Assembly (NCBI GenBank): GCA_016389475.1
Contig: GCA_016389475.1_3042.1
Direction: 5' to 3' (one strand)
DNA: 64,000 nt
DNA from: a phage
The stretch's first letter is position 1, and each line of letters starts with the position of its first letter. The position numbers and the translations under genes were made by a program. Shown here in pieces: positions 18,216-27,983 of this stretch. The notes beneath the pieces are model-generated. The model saw only the letters and a list, made by a program, of their open reading frames with translations. It was not told where the DNA came from and did no database searches.

Positions 18216-19642
18216 TAAAATTTTAATTCATTTGCCAAAGCATCTAACTGAGCTCGAGTGGATTCATTTCTTTGATAGCGATTCTGTTCAGCCTGAATCT
18301 GTTGTGAACCTGCTACTTCACTCACTTCGGTTGGAGTAGAATCTTGTTCAATTTCTACCCATTTTTGATTTCCTTTTTGAACACCCATCAAAAACTTATT
18401 CCACTTATTCTTATCACCATATCGTGATTTGATTTGCTTAATAAGTTGTTGTTCAGCAGCTGCTAGCTCCTCGGTTTCAATGACCGCAAGCATAAAATCA
18501 GCTGTTGCTGGAAGACCAGCAGATTCTGCAATATCGCTCATGTTAACATCGGAAGAGTCCCAAGCTTGTTTACCGACCTGTGCTGCAGTCCAAAGAACAG
18601 TTTCGGTTTCAACAGCCAGAGCACGCAATTCCTCTGCGATAGCTTTAACAGTTGTGTAACTATTTTCTGAATAAACTCTAATGCGGCAAGATTTACAAAT
18701 ACCTAGATAGTCGACAATAATGATTGTTGGAACAAAATTCTTTTTGAGCTTTAATTCATTTAAAAGCGATCGAAATGTATTAGCGTCTGCCCCACCAGTA
18801 GGATACTGTTTAACGATTAAACGACCGAGAGTAGATTTCTCACGCCATTTTTCCATTTTTCCTTTATACTCAGCGTAAGAAATATGCCCATCATCAATAT
18901 CGTCAAGAGAAACATCGAGCATGTTAGCATCAATACGTTTAGCACAGACTTCTTCTGCCATTTCCATGGAGATATAAAGAACGTTATGACCAAGCTGCAA
19001 ATAATCTGCTGCTAATGAACAAAGTCCTAATGACTTACCAACGTTAACGCCAGCCATTAAAACGTTCAGTGTTCCTGTTTCAGCTCCGCCTTTAGTAATT
19101 TTGTTTAGAATTCTGAGTTTAAATGGAACTTTACGAGCTTTATTCATATAAGATAGCCAGCGTGCTTCGTAGTCATCCATCCAATCATGACCAACGTAGC
19201 TATCAAATGAAATTGATAATGCTTGACGCATGATGTCAGGAATAGCACCAACATCCGGCATTTTCTTATTTCGTTTTTCCGGAGGAAGCTCAGCATTAGT
19301 TTGAATTTCGATTATTTTAGACGTAGCATTAAACATCGCCCTTTGCTGAACATATTTTTCTGTTTCTTTTACTAACCAACTGTGGTCTTCTGGAGAATCG
19401 GCTAGTTTTGAAATAAGTGTTTTTACACCAGAATATTCTGTTTCAGTAAATGAACTATTTTCTAATGCAACATTTAACGCATTAATAGATGGAACGCTAT
19501 GGTACTCATTAACGTGAGATTTAATTAATTTGAATGTATTTTTAGCTGGACCACTTTCAAAATATTCTGAATCCATATATGGCCAAACTTTTGAAAAATA
19601 AGCTTGATCAAATATGAGATGAGAAAGAATAATTTCTACCAC
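18215..19642 (-). CDS. 41: replicative DNA helicase (DnaB-like)
   Basis: ORF track 475 aa; Walker A GVNVGKS; length equals T4 gp41. Confidence 0.95.
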   Translation of the reverse strand: MVEIILSHLIFDQAYFSKVWPYMDSEYFESGPAKNTFKLIKSHVNEYHSVPSINALNVALENSSFTETEYSGVKTLISKLADSPEDHSWLVKETEKYVQQRAMFNATSKIIEIQTNAELPPEKRNKKMPDVGAIPDIMRQALSISFDSYVGHDWMDDYEARWLSYMNKARKVPFKLRILNKITKGGAETGTLNVLMAGVNVGKSLGLCSLAADYLQLGHNVLYISMEMAEEVCAKRIDANMLDVSLDDIDDGHISYAEYKGKMEKWREKSTLGRLIVKQYPTGGADANTFRSLLNELKLKKNFVPTIIIVDYLGICKSCRIRVYSENSYTTVKAIAEELRALAVETETVLWTAAQVGKQAWDSSDVNMSDIAESAGLPATADFMLAVIETEELAAAEQQLIKQIKSRYGDKNKWNKFLMGVQKGNQKWVEIEQDSTPTEVSEVAGSQQIQAEQNRYQRNESTRAQLDALANELKF

Positions 19643-19651
19643 ACTTACTCC

Positions 19652-19996
19652 TTAAAAGAATTTAAATTTTTTCTTTGACCTTTTATTAAATGCATCTTGT
19701 AGTTGCATTGTAATACATTTTTCTACATGAGGAGCTAACTCAGCTTTTCTTTCTTGGTCAAGAACAGCAAAGTCCATTACGACTTTTCCATCAACCCAAT
19801 CTAATTTTGTCACATACACAATGTGTGTAGAACCATCTTCTAGTTTAATGACAATCTCCTGGATAACATTTTCCATGGCAGATTTAATTATCTTAAGAGA
19901 TTCATTAAAAAGACGTTCTTTTCTTTCTTCTTCCCCCTCCGAAGAGGGGGATTCATCGATAATTTCTAGATCTAAATCTAAATCATCTTTATTCAT
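19652..19996 (-). CDS. 40: head vertex assembly protein gp40 (114 aa from ATG)
   Basis: ORF track starts at GTG 20014; ATG at 19996 overlaps uvsX stop by 8 nt. Confidence 0.65.
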   Translation of the reverse strand: MNKDDLDLDLEIIDESPSSEGEEERKERLFNESLKIIKSAMENVIQEIVIKLEDGSTHIVYVTKLDWVDGKVVMDFAVLDQERKAELAPHVEKCITMQLQDAFNKRSKKKFKFF

Positions 19997-21170
19997 TAAA
20001 TTCTTCCATATCACTTAACTGCTCGAGGTCAGTTTCTAAATCAGCAGCTGATTTACTTTTACTTTCTGGAGATTTAAATTTTTCAACCTTTGAGTTAATT
20101 AATTCATCAACTTCAGCTTCAACAATTTCATTACTATCAATAGCACCTAACTGATAAGCGCGTTTAATAGCATCTCGGAATGGTTGATGCTTAAATAAAG
20201 GACCCCAGAATGTAGTGCAGTTGGTATCTTTTGCACGCCAAGATTTTTCTTCGCGAATCATCTCGCCGGTTTCTTCGTCAAGAAATTCACGAGCATACCA
20301 GCCATTTTTAGGTTTTACTACAAATCCTAATTCTAGAGCCATATCTAACAATCCAGAATAAGGATCGATACCACCGTCAAATTTAACATCAATAAAGAAT
20401 TTACTTTTTTCTTTAACGGTACGAGATTTTTCTACATTTAGAACAAATTGATACCCCTGAAGATCAGAACCATCTTTAATCTGGCGTTTACCGATAATGA
20501 ATACAGTATCAGCCGAATACATTACGCCTGTACCACCTGTCATCACGGTTTTACTAAACATTTCAATTGTTTCAATTGTATGGTTAACCGCAACACATGG
20601 AATATTTTTAATGCTAAAGTAAGGAGTAACAATACGGAATAATGACTTCAGTGATTTAGCACGAGTCATATCTGCCACAGATTTTTCATTCAAGGCATCT
20701 TCCGTTTCTTTCTTAGAAGCCATATTACCGATTGAGTCGATGAATACAATAACCTTTTCACCACGCTCAATAGCTTCAAGCTGATTCACCATATCAATTT
20801 TCAGCTGTTCAACTGACTGAATTGGCGTATGAATTACTCGTTCCGGGTCAACTCCCATGGATCGCAAATAAGCTGGAGTAATACCAAATTCGCTATCATA
20901 GAATAGACAAACCGCGTCAGGATATTTGTTCAAATATGCCGCAACCATAGTCAAAGACATATTTGATTTAAAGTGTTTAGAAGGCCCTGCGAAAATAGTT
21001 AAACCAGACTGCATGCCGCCATCAATCGCACCAGAAATAGCAATATTAAGCATTGGAATTTTTGTACGAATTACATCCTTTTCATTAAAGAATTTAGATG
21101 TAGTCAGTTCAGCAGTCATTTTAGAAGTGGAAGCTTTAATCAAACGGGATTTTAAATCTGCAATAGACAT
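19989..21170 (-). CDS. uvsX: UvsX recombinase (RecA-like)
   Basis: ORF track 393 aa; RecA fold motifs; position between 41/40 and 42. Confidence 0.95.
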   Translation of the reverse strand: MSIADLKSRLIKASTSKMTAELTTSKFFNEKDVIRTKIPMLNIAISGAIDGGMQSGLTIFAGPSKHFKSNMSLTMVAAYLNKYPDAVCLFYDSEFGITPAYLRSMGVDPERVIHTPIQSVEQLKIDMVNQLEAIERGEKVIVFIDSIGNMASKKETEDALNEKSVADMTRAKSLKSLFRIVTPYFSIKNIPCVAVNHTIETIEMFSKTVMTGGTGVMYSADTVFIIGKRQIKDGSDLQGYQFVLNVEKSRTVKEKSKFFIDVKFDGGIDPYSGLLDMALELGFVVKPKNGWYAREFLDEETGEMIREEKSWRAKDTNCTTFWGPLFKHQPFRDAIKRAYQLGAIDSNEIVEAEVDELINSKVEKFKSPESKSKSAADLETDLEQLSDMEEFNE

Positions 21171-21247
21171 TCATTTTTTCCATAGGCATCATTATATTTT
21201 CCTCACTGGTTAAAGATAGAGTAATTATAACACAATAAATTTAGGCA

Positions 21248-22090
21248 TTAATCAACTGCTATTGGATGAATAGCATTAAACTTATGAAATGCTTCTGATT
21301 TTTCTTTACGCGAAACACACATGCGAAGAACCTTTAGTGGTTCATCTTCTTCACCCAACGATTTTCGTTTTTCAATATTAGAAGTTTTCCAACGAGCTTG
21401 CTCTGGAAACTCTCTATTGATTTGCTCAAGCGCTCTATTATGTTTAGAATTACTGCGAATTGAACTACACCCACCAGGAGCTTGTGCTTTTCCAGATACA
21501 ACCAGATATTTGAACAAGGCCAAATGCGGATAACCTTGATTAATTAAATTGAGAAATGCATACATATCTTCGCACAAATCAATTTTTCCATACCCAATTT
21601 GTTCTGTCGTAAGTTTTCCGAGGTCATACCATGTATTCGTGAATCCATATGAGTTTTCACGATAATTACCCCAAGATGAAGTAATTTTAAAAATTGGTAG
21701 GCGAGCATGACCGTGATAATACCCGCAATCCATGGCATCTTCGACGTATTGAATCAATTCATAGAACTGTTCATGAGTCAATTGATTGACTTTATCTACA
21801 CAACGACGGTCATCTCTTTTTCGCATTGAACTCATACGAATAGTAGTATCATCGTCAATCATCCAGATTCGTTGACCTGCATACATATCAGTAATTGCTT
21901 TACGAGTACCGGCAATTCCGTTTACATCATCAGGAATAGTTACAATTTTAGCTCTAGACCCATAGGCATCATAATAAGCTTTTTCTTCATGTTCACGCAC
22001 TACAATATGGGGTTCATAATCAGTCGGAAACATATCAAGGGCAGAAACTGCCCCGACACGCTGATAACTTGGAATTACGAATTGAATCAT
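21248..22090 (-). CDS. DxD-motif glycosyltransferase in the beta-gt slot (280 aa from ATG)
   Basis: ORF track (GTG start at 22096); ATG at 22090 in ATGA overlap with gene 42; IWMIDDDTTI DxD motif; much shorter than T4 beta-gt (351 aa, GT-B). Confidence 0.6.
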   Translation of the reverse strand: MIQFVIPSYQRVGAVSALDMFPTDYEPHIVVREHEEKAYYDAYGSRAKIVTIPDDVNGIAGTRKAITDMYAGQRIWMIDDDTTIRMSSMRKRDDRRCVDKVNQLTHEQFYELIQYVEDAMDCGYYHGHARLPIFKITSSWGNYRENSYGFTNTWYDLGKLTTEQIGYGKIDLCEDMYAFLNLINQGYPHLALFKYLVVSGKAQAPGGCSSIRSNSKHNRALEQINREFPEQARWKTSNIEKRKSLGEEDEPLKVLRMCVSRKEKSEAFHKFNAIHPIAVD

Positions 22091-22827
22091 TTCCACTCAC
22101 CGTTATAGTCTTTTTTCACAATATGAGTTTCGCCAGTATTCCACCAATGATCAACCAAGTAAAAATGACGAGAATATACATGAAGACTTCCGACATTCCA
22201 TATAATAGAACCTGCTTTATACTGACGAGTTGAATCGCCTGCATTCAAATCAGATACTAATTTATCTAATACGTATTTTTGCCATGCATAATCATTACGG
22301 AATCCGAAGACCACGTCATTTGAGCGCATGCTTACTACTGCATTGACTTTCTTATCACGAATCAAGTACTGTACTGTATTAGTACACATGAAATCTGACA
22401 TACCATCTTTATTGTAATCAAATTGCATGGATGGACGAGTATAAATCATGATACCACGTCGAGAATCAGGATTTTGACCAAGTTCAGCTAAACACATATC
22501 ATACTGGGCATAGTTATCTTCTGACCAAATAGCCCAACCATAATTCGAGTTAATTTCGCCTTTAGAAGATGCTACCTGCTGCCAAATCTTTGGTGTTTCA
22601 CCTGGAATATCTTTAACAAACAAACTCTTAGATTTATACCATTCAAGTTCGCGCTGAATGTATTCATCATTGAGAGCGCCAAAAATAAACGGTTCATCTG
22701 CTACAAATGATGCGCCAATAATTTCAATAGTTTTAACACCAGTTTTATCAACTACGAAATCTTTTTCCTTTAATGCAAGCCCCAAATGAAGACGGATTTC
22801 TTCAACTGTCATAGAGTCACTAATCAT
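22087..22827 (-). CDS. 42: dCMP hydroxymethylase
   Basis: ORF track 246 aa; thymidylate-synthase-like fold; length equals T4 gp42. Confidence 0.95.
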   Translation of the reverse strand: MISDSMTVEEIRLHLGLALKEKDFVVDKTGVKTIEIIGASFVADEPFIFGALNDEYIQRELEWYKSKSLFVKDIPGETPKIWQQVASSKGEINSNYGWAIWSEDNYAQYDMCLAELGQNPDSRRGIMIYTRPSMQFDYNKDGMSDFMCTNTVQYLIRDKKVNAVVSMRSNDVVFGFRNDYAWQKYVLDKLVSDLNAGDSTRQYKAGSIIWNVGSLHVYSRHFYLVDHWWNTGETHIVKKDYNGEWK

Positions 22828-22980
22828 TTAAACCTCAATTGATGCATTCATATTTAAATTGTAACAGTAATAAACCCCACCCTATGATAAGAGTTGGAAT
22901 CATAGCAGGAACTGTTACGCTATAGTATATACTTATTATAACCATCAAGATTAAAAGCAACACTGTTATAATTTTGCTTT

Positions 22981-23232
22981 TCATTCTTTCTCTCTGATGA
23001 TAATTACCTGATTTGGCTGTGCAGACTTTTTAGTTTCACCAGCAATTGACCAAATAAATGTAATAAACCAACCAATAATTGACCAGTTAAACAGTAAAGA
23101 TGTGAAAAAGATTCCTACTGTCGATTTTGACCCACGCATCAAGGCGATAAACCATGGAAGCATGTATATAATAATAGCCAACACACCTGAAACTAAAACC
23201 ATAAAAATTGAACCTGCTACTAAAGTTTCCAT
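22981..23232 (-). CDS. imm: immunity (superinfection exclusion) membrane protein
   Basis: ORF track 83 aa; two TM segments; matches T4 Imm. Confidence 0.85.
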   Translation of the reverse strand: METLVAGSIFMVLVSGVLAIIIYMLPWFIALMRGSKSTVGIFFTSLLFNWSIIGWFITFIWSIAGETKKSAQPNQVIIIREKE

Positions 23233-23239
23233 GTTTTCC

Positions 23240-23620
23240 TCACTTAGTCAAATTTTTTACACATGAATTATAAGAATTCACTACATACTCCATCGGAGCA
23301 TTTTTACCAGTACGCCATTGGTAATTATTAGCCCAATTAGCCCAAATTTCGGCGCAGTAGTTTTCAATTTTTTCTTCGTGTGTAATTACATCAGAATTAC
23401 GATATGCTTGAGCAGATTCATCTGGACGAATAGCTTCGTCAAAATTCGCCTGCATTTGTTCGACTGTTTGCTTTGGAGCTTCTTTATAACACTTGACATT
23501 AGGATTATAAAATTTGCTTGAACAGTTTACAATTTTTCCTACATCAGACTGATTTACTACCGGTCCTTGAGCCACACAACCAGTAAGACCTAATGCAATA
23601 ACCAAAATAGCGATTTTCAT
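23240..23620 (-). CDS. lipoprotein (126 aa)
   Basis: ORF track; signal peptide with LTGC lipobox. Confidence 0.55.
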   Translation of the reverse strand: MKIAILVIALGLTGCVAQGPVVNQSDVGKIVNCSSKFYNPNVKCYKEAPKQTVEQMQANFDEAIRPDESAQAYRNSDVITHEEKIENYCAEIWANWANNYQWRTGKNAPMEYVVNSYNSCVKNLTK

Positions 23621-23630
23621 AATAATTTCC

Positions 23631-23867
23631 TCAAATGCAAGTAGTAATTACTCCAGTAGTGCTTATGCAGGTATTACTCATTTGCACACCTAAAGATCCA
23701 TTTGTATTCACATGAAGATTATCATCAATTTTAACTGATATTTTACCATTAGTGTGAATAACGGTGCTAGATTTAATCACAGGTTGAGTATCATTTTCAA
23801 CACTAACAAATGGAACTGCTACTAATGCAACTAAACAAACTGCTAAGCATCCCATAACAATTTTCAT
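23631..23867 (-). CDS. secreted small protein (78 aa from ATG)
   Basis: ORF track starts at upstream TTG; ATG at 23867 with GGAG RBS; cleavable signal peptide. Confidence 0.5.
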   Translation of the reverse strand: MKIVMGCLAVCLVALVAVPFVSVENDTQPVIKSSTVIHTNGKISVKIDDNLHVNTNGSLGVQMSNTCISTTGVITTCI

Positions 23868-23904
23868 TTTATTCTCCAAATCTGTATCAGTAGTTGATAG
23901 TTGT

Positions 23905-23934
23905 ATAGTACCACAGAAGAACAGTCTTGTAAAC
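23905..23934 (-). promoter_or_regulatory. T4-type early promoter
   Basis: gtaaac 23929-23934, atagta (TACTAT) 23905-23910. Confidence 0.55.
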
Positions 23935-24020
23935 AGTTTTGTGAAAATTTTTTAGGGAATTCTAAAGGTCCAGAATCATCTGTTTTTCATAAGTATAGAT
24001 TTATATTACTTGTATGAAAA

Positions 24021-24038
24021 AGGGACCCGGAGGTCCCT
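24021..24038 (-). terminator. intrinsic terminator after gene 43
   Basis: agggacc-cgga-ggtccct hairpin followed on minus RNA by UUUUUCAUAC. Confidence 0.6.
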
Positions 24039-24050
24039 AGATTTATTCTA

Positions 24051-26747
24051 TCAGCCAAACAGGAAGTCTAACGAAGCTTTTTCTTCATAGTCCATACCAG
24101 CCGATTCACACATGCCCGCAAGCGGTTTAACAAACGATTTTTGGAACAAAGTTGAGTAGTCAATCCAAGACAGTACGTCAGAACGAATTTCTTTTGGAAG
24201 TTCTGTACCCGACGGCCAAGCAATGCACTTATCACCAAATGGATTTCCTTCACGCAATGGAAGAACCATTACCTTATTTCCATCCAAAATTGGAGCTACA
24301 CCTAAACCGCTAACAGCTCGACGATAAGTTAGCACACCACGAATATGGAACGGGCATTTAAATCCTGGCCAACCTTTATCATCATATTTCGCTATATCGT
24401 TCGCAGTTTTTACTTCAGCAATAACTTTATAGTCGAGTTGACGATATTCTTTCTCGAAGTTCTTGTAATATTCTTGGACAGACTCTTCACCTTCCTGAAG
24501 AATACGACGAATACTTTCTTCGAGAGCTTCTTGGACCGCTTTGGGCGTTGAACTCTGCTGGGTTTCCATACCCATGATTTTTAGATGCGGTTCAGCAAAT
24601 CGCTTATCTTCCATATCATAAACGTTCAGAGCATAACGCTTTTTCGCTTTCCAAAATCCACCAACGCCCTTTGAACCAAGTGGAGGGCAAGAAATAGCTT
24701 CACGGTCCATATGCATCAGATGCTCGCGGTTATTCATATAATCACATAACTCACGATATGCAACATCAATCATAGGTTCCATCTTTTTCTTACCGAACTG
24801 ATTCATGAATTCAACTAAATCGTTCTGCTCTTTGAATCGGTCAAGACCAACTTTTTCAATAACTTTATCTACACAAACATATACCGAATCAGTATCACCT
24901 GCTGCGATGAAATCTTCGCCATTGGTTCCGCATACTTTATTCAGATATTCATTAATTTTACGAGCAATCCACTGAATACCAACTTGTCCGAAAATTGTGA
25001 TAGCAGTAGCATTTCGCAAATCATAGTAACGGAAATGAATATTACCAAGAGCACCATAAAGACTGTTAATAAGAATTTTACGGTTAAGCTGATTTGTATT
25101 AGCAAGTGTAGCTGCTTTTTCACATTCTTCGATCAGACTATTAAGAACAGATTCAGTGTAATTCGATAATTCGTTTAAGAAATCATCACTGAACTTAACA
25201 TATCGTTTAACTTCAGGTTTAGTTGAACAAGACCCTGCGCCTTTCATAATAATCTTTTTAATAGCTTCGGCATTCATTTCTTCAGCGAACATTTTCTTTT
25301 TCCAATCTTTACGCTGGAAAAATACTTTAGCGATTTCCTTTGGAATGATACCTTCTTGATGCTTATCGTACATCCATCCATTCGGAGAACAAGAATATTC
25401 ATCACTCGGTTTAGGAGCTGTTCCTGCGATATATTCATGAATTGGATGAACTTTAAACTGACCACGAATAGTCTCAGGACTAATGTTAACCTGACGAATA
25501 ATGCTCGGATACAGAGACGTCAAGTCAAAACTCATAATGTATCGACGAGCAATCGGTTTAGGTTCAAACACAAATGCACCTGGAAAACTCTGTTTAACGT
25601 GCGAACCTTGTTGAGGAATAACCTTATGTTCACCTTTCAATGAGTTAAAAATAATAGCATCCCAAGTTTTAATAGGACTCATTACACCGGAAAAAGGCAT
25701 TTTAGCGTAATAAGACATACTTAAAACTAGATCGATAAACCCGCGAATTTTATCAATTGCTTGAACTGATTCTACGTCAATGATGTTATAACTAATGTAT
25801 CGTTGATGATTAGTCTCACGAAGTTTATTAATAGGACCGTCGTATGGTAATTTACCTTTTTTGGTTTCATGTTGAGCAACTGATTCCAAAGAGAATGACG
25901 GCAAATTAGTAAATGCGAATTTCTTGTACAAATCTAAATAATCAAGAATAGATACGCCATCAATAGAATAAATTTCTTTGCTACCGTACATATTTTGAAT
26001 TAGTTTAGATTTTACTCGACCGATTGGAGAGAAGCGTTTCATACTACGTTCACCGAGAACCATTTTAACGCGATTCATGATATACGGAACGTCAAATCCC
26101 TCAATATTCCAACCAGTAAAAATAGCAGGTCGTTTCTGTTCCCAGAGATTGATATATTCCATGAGCATATCACGCTCATTATCGAATGGCATATAAATTA
26201 CTCGGTCAAGAATTTCTTGAGGAACTTCATCACCACCTTCACAGTCAAGCTTAGCAGCTAACTTTGCATCCCATTTTGATACTGAACCATACATTGAATT
26301 CAAAAGGTCGAAAACATAAAAACGATCATCAATTGAATCGTAATGAGTGATAGCATCAATTTCATATTCAGCTTTCATTGGGTCAGGAAATTTATCACCA
26401 GTAACCTCAATGTCACAGTTAGCTACACGAACAAATTTTCGGTCATAAACAATTTCTGAACCGTATGTATCACTGATATAAGCGAGTTTAAAATCGTTCA
26501 TACCGAGAGCTTCGAGACCGATGTCTTCCATTCGTTTCATCCAATCTCGAGCATCTTTCATTGATGGAAATTTTTGAGGAGAGCAGTTTTTACCATAAAT
26601 GTCTTTGTACTTTGACTCTTCCTTACAATGCCTAAACATAGTTGGAAGATATTCTACTTCACGAGTACGTTCCTTTCCGTTTTCATCAATATAACGTTCA
26701 ACAATGTTATTTCCGACTGTTTCAATAGAGATATAAAATTCTTTCAT
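24051..26747 (-). CDS. 43: DNA polymerase (family B) with 3'-5' exonuclease
   Basis: ORF track 898 aa; MKEFYISIETVGNNIVERYIDENGKERTREVEY N-terminus and polymerase motifs near-identical to T4 gp43. Confidence 0.97.
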   Translation of the reverse strand: MKEFYISIETVGNNIVERYIDENGKERTREVEYLPTMFRHCKEESKYKDIYGKNCSPQKFPSMKDARDWMKRMEDIGLEALGMNDFKLAYISDTYGSEIVYDRKFVRVANCDIEVTGDKFPDPMKAEYEIDAITHYDSIDDRFYVFDLLNSMYGSVSKWDAKLAAKLDCEGGDEVPQEILDRVIYMPFDNERDMLMEYINLWEQKRPAIFTGWNIEGFDVPYIMNRVKMVLGERSMKRFSPIGRVKSKLIQNMYGSKEIYSIDGVSILDYLDLYKKFAFTNLPSFSLESVAQHETKKGKLPYDGPINKLRETNHQRYISYNIIDVESVQAIDKIRGFIDLVLSMSYYAKMPFSGVMSPIKTWDAIIFNSLKGEHKVIPQQGSHVKQSFPGAFVFEPKPIARRYIMSFDLTSLYPSIIRQVNISPETIRGQFKVHPIHEYIAGTAPKPSDEYSCSPNGWMYDKHQEGIIPKEIAKVFFQRKDWKKKMFAEEMNAEAIKKIIMKGAGSCSTKPEVKRYVKFSDDFLNELSNYTESVLNSLIEECEKAATLANTNQLNRKILINSLYGALGNIHFRYYDLRNATAITIFGQVGIQWIARKINEYLNKVCGTNGEDFIAAGDTDSVYVCVDKVIEKVGLDRFKEQNDLVEFMNQFGKKKMEPMIDVAYRELCDYMNNREHLMHMDREAISCPPLGSKGVGGFWKAKKRYALNVYDMEDKRFAEPHLKIMGMETQQSSTPKAVQEALEESIRRILQEGEESVQEYYKNFEKEYRQLDYKVIAEVKTANDIAKYDDKGWPGFKCPFHIRGVLTYRRAVSGLGVAPILDGNKVMVLPLREGNPFGDKCIAWPSGTELPKEIRSDVLSWIDYSTLFQKSFVKPLAGMCESAGMDYEEKASLDFLFG

Positions 26748-26765
26748 AGATATTCCTTAGTTTAT

Positions 26766-26783
26766 AGCCCGAGTTATTAGGCT
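26766..26783 (-). promoter_or_regulatory. possible gene 43 translational operator hairpin
   Basis: short stem AGCC/GGCU with ~10-nt loop just 5' of the gene 43 RBS on the minus RNA; weak by eye. Confidence 0.25.
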
Positions 26784-26805
26784 CTTGATATATTATACTC
26801 CAAAT

Positions 26806-26823
26806 AAGGGGCCGAAGCCCCTT
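26806..26823 (-). terminator. C(UUCG)G tetraloop hairpin
   Basis: aaggggc-cgaa-gcccctt; on minus RNA GGGGC-UUCG-GCCCC followed by UUAUUUGG. Confidence 0.5.
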
Positions 26824-26825
26824 GC

Positions 26826-27047
26826 TTAAATTAGTACTATTTGCCGGGTGAAAATTGTCAATCCATCTGCATTAATTGACTTAACGACTGCAGTAAAATG
26901 TTTTTGTTCTGGGTGAACTAATTTTTGAAATTCTACCTGAAATTTTAATTGGAGGTTTTCTGGTAAATCAAAAAGTGTTTCTGTTGCAGAAAGATTATAT
27001 TTTTCTTTAAGAGACGCCATGTATTCTTGCGGAGTTATAGCAGTCAT
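26826..27047 (-). CDS. hypothetical protein (73 aa from ATG) between regA and gene 43
   Basis: ORF track starts at TTG 27059; ATG at 27047 abuts regA stop. Confidence 0.4.
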   Translation of the reverse strand: MTAITPQEYMASLKEKYNLSATETLFDLPENLQLKFQVEFQKLVHPEQKHFTAVVKSINADGLTIFTRQIVLI

Positions 27048-27048
27048 A

Positions 27049-27417
27049 TTAATTACCAATCGTATATTTAGGAACGAGTTTCCATTCGTGTTTTTGTTTA
27101 AAAGAAATAACTCGGAAGTTATTAGTTAAATCTTTCATAAAAGTTCTTTGACCAGGAACGATTTCAATCAGTCCCCAATCTTCTAACAGCCATGCAATCG
27201 AATCACGACGAACTTCATCTTCTTCTGTCATTTCAACTTGACGGCCATCCATACGAAGCATTTCTTTAAAATGAACGATATAGTATAGTCCTTTTTTCTG
27301 AAGAATATGACAGGACTGATACAGAACTTTATCTTTATTATTAGCAATTCCCATACGAGTCAAAGTTTCTTTTACTTTCAGAAAATCTTCAGGTTTTTTA
27401 AGAGTAATTTCAATCAT
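27049..27417 (-). CDS. regA: RegA translational repressor
   Basis: ORF track 122 aa; MIEITLKKPEDFLKVKETLTRMGIANN matches T4 RegA. Confidence 0.9.
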   Translation of the reverse strand: MIEITLKKPEDFLKVKETLTRMGIANNKDKVLYQSCHILQKKGLYYIVHFKEMLRMDGRQVEMTEEDEVRRDSIAWLLEDWGLIEIVPGQRTFMKDLTNNFRVISFKQKHEWKLVPKYTIGN

Positions 27418-27418
27418 T

Positions 27419-27982
27419 TTACCATTCCAATGCTAGTTTTTTGAGTTGTTTCTGTTCTTTTACGTTCTTAGTCACTTCTTTCAAAAAATCATCCGTGACT
27501 AATCCTTTAAGTTCTTTTAATACTAAAGGTAGTTTTCCATTTTTAGTAAGAATTGATTTATAGTTAATTGCATCATTTGTATTAACTTGATAACGCTTAG
27601 CAAGTAACTTAATAATCAATACTTCGGTGGAATCTTCAACTAGTTTTGCCCATTTACCATATCTTTTACCACGAGGAACTGCAGCCATTAGATAATTAAA
27701 ATGAGCTTCATCACTTAATCCAGAACCGATTAAATTCATAGCATATACAGCTGGCATGCACTCTGGAAATTGTGATAATGCATTTTCAACCATGAATTTT
27801 GAATAATCTTTTTGAGCAATAGAGCATTTAGTTTTATTATTAATAGCTCCAATTATTTCAAAAAACTCATTTTCAGCTTTTTCTTTAAAAGAATCAGCAG
27901 CGGATTGGACAGCTGTCCAATCTTTTGAATACCAAGCAACTTGATGCTCGTTTAATTGAATATCATCTTCAAATAAGCTCAT
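27419..27982 (-). CDS. 62: clamp loader small subunit (187 aa from ATG)
   Basis: ORF track extended upstream; ATG at 27982 abuts gene 44 stop; position 62-44-45. Confidence 0.8.
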   Translation of the reverse strand: MSLFEDDIQLNEHQVAWYSKDWTAVQSAADSFKEKAENEFFEIIGAINNKTKCSIAQKDYSKFMVENALSQFPECMPAVYAMNLIGSGLSDEAHFNYLMAAVPRGKRYGKWAKLVEDSTEVLIIKLLAKRYQVNTNDAINYKSILTKNGKLPLVLKELKGLVTDDFLKEVTKNVKEQKQLKKLALEW

Positions 27983-27983
27983 A

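Noticed and set aside
24068-25465. Alternative-frame minus ORFs inside the polymerase gene (24068-24253, 24941-25123, 25274-25465)
   Set aside because: Embedded in other frames of gene 43.
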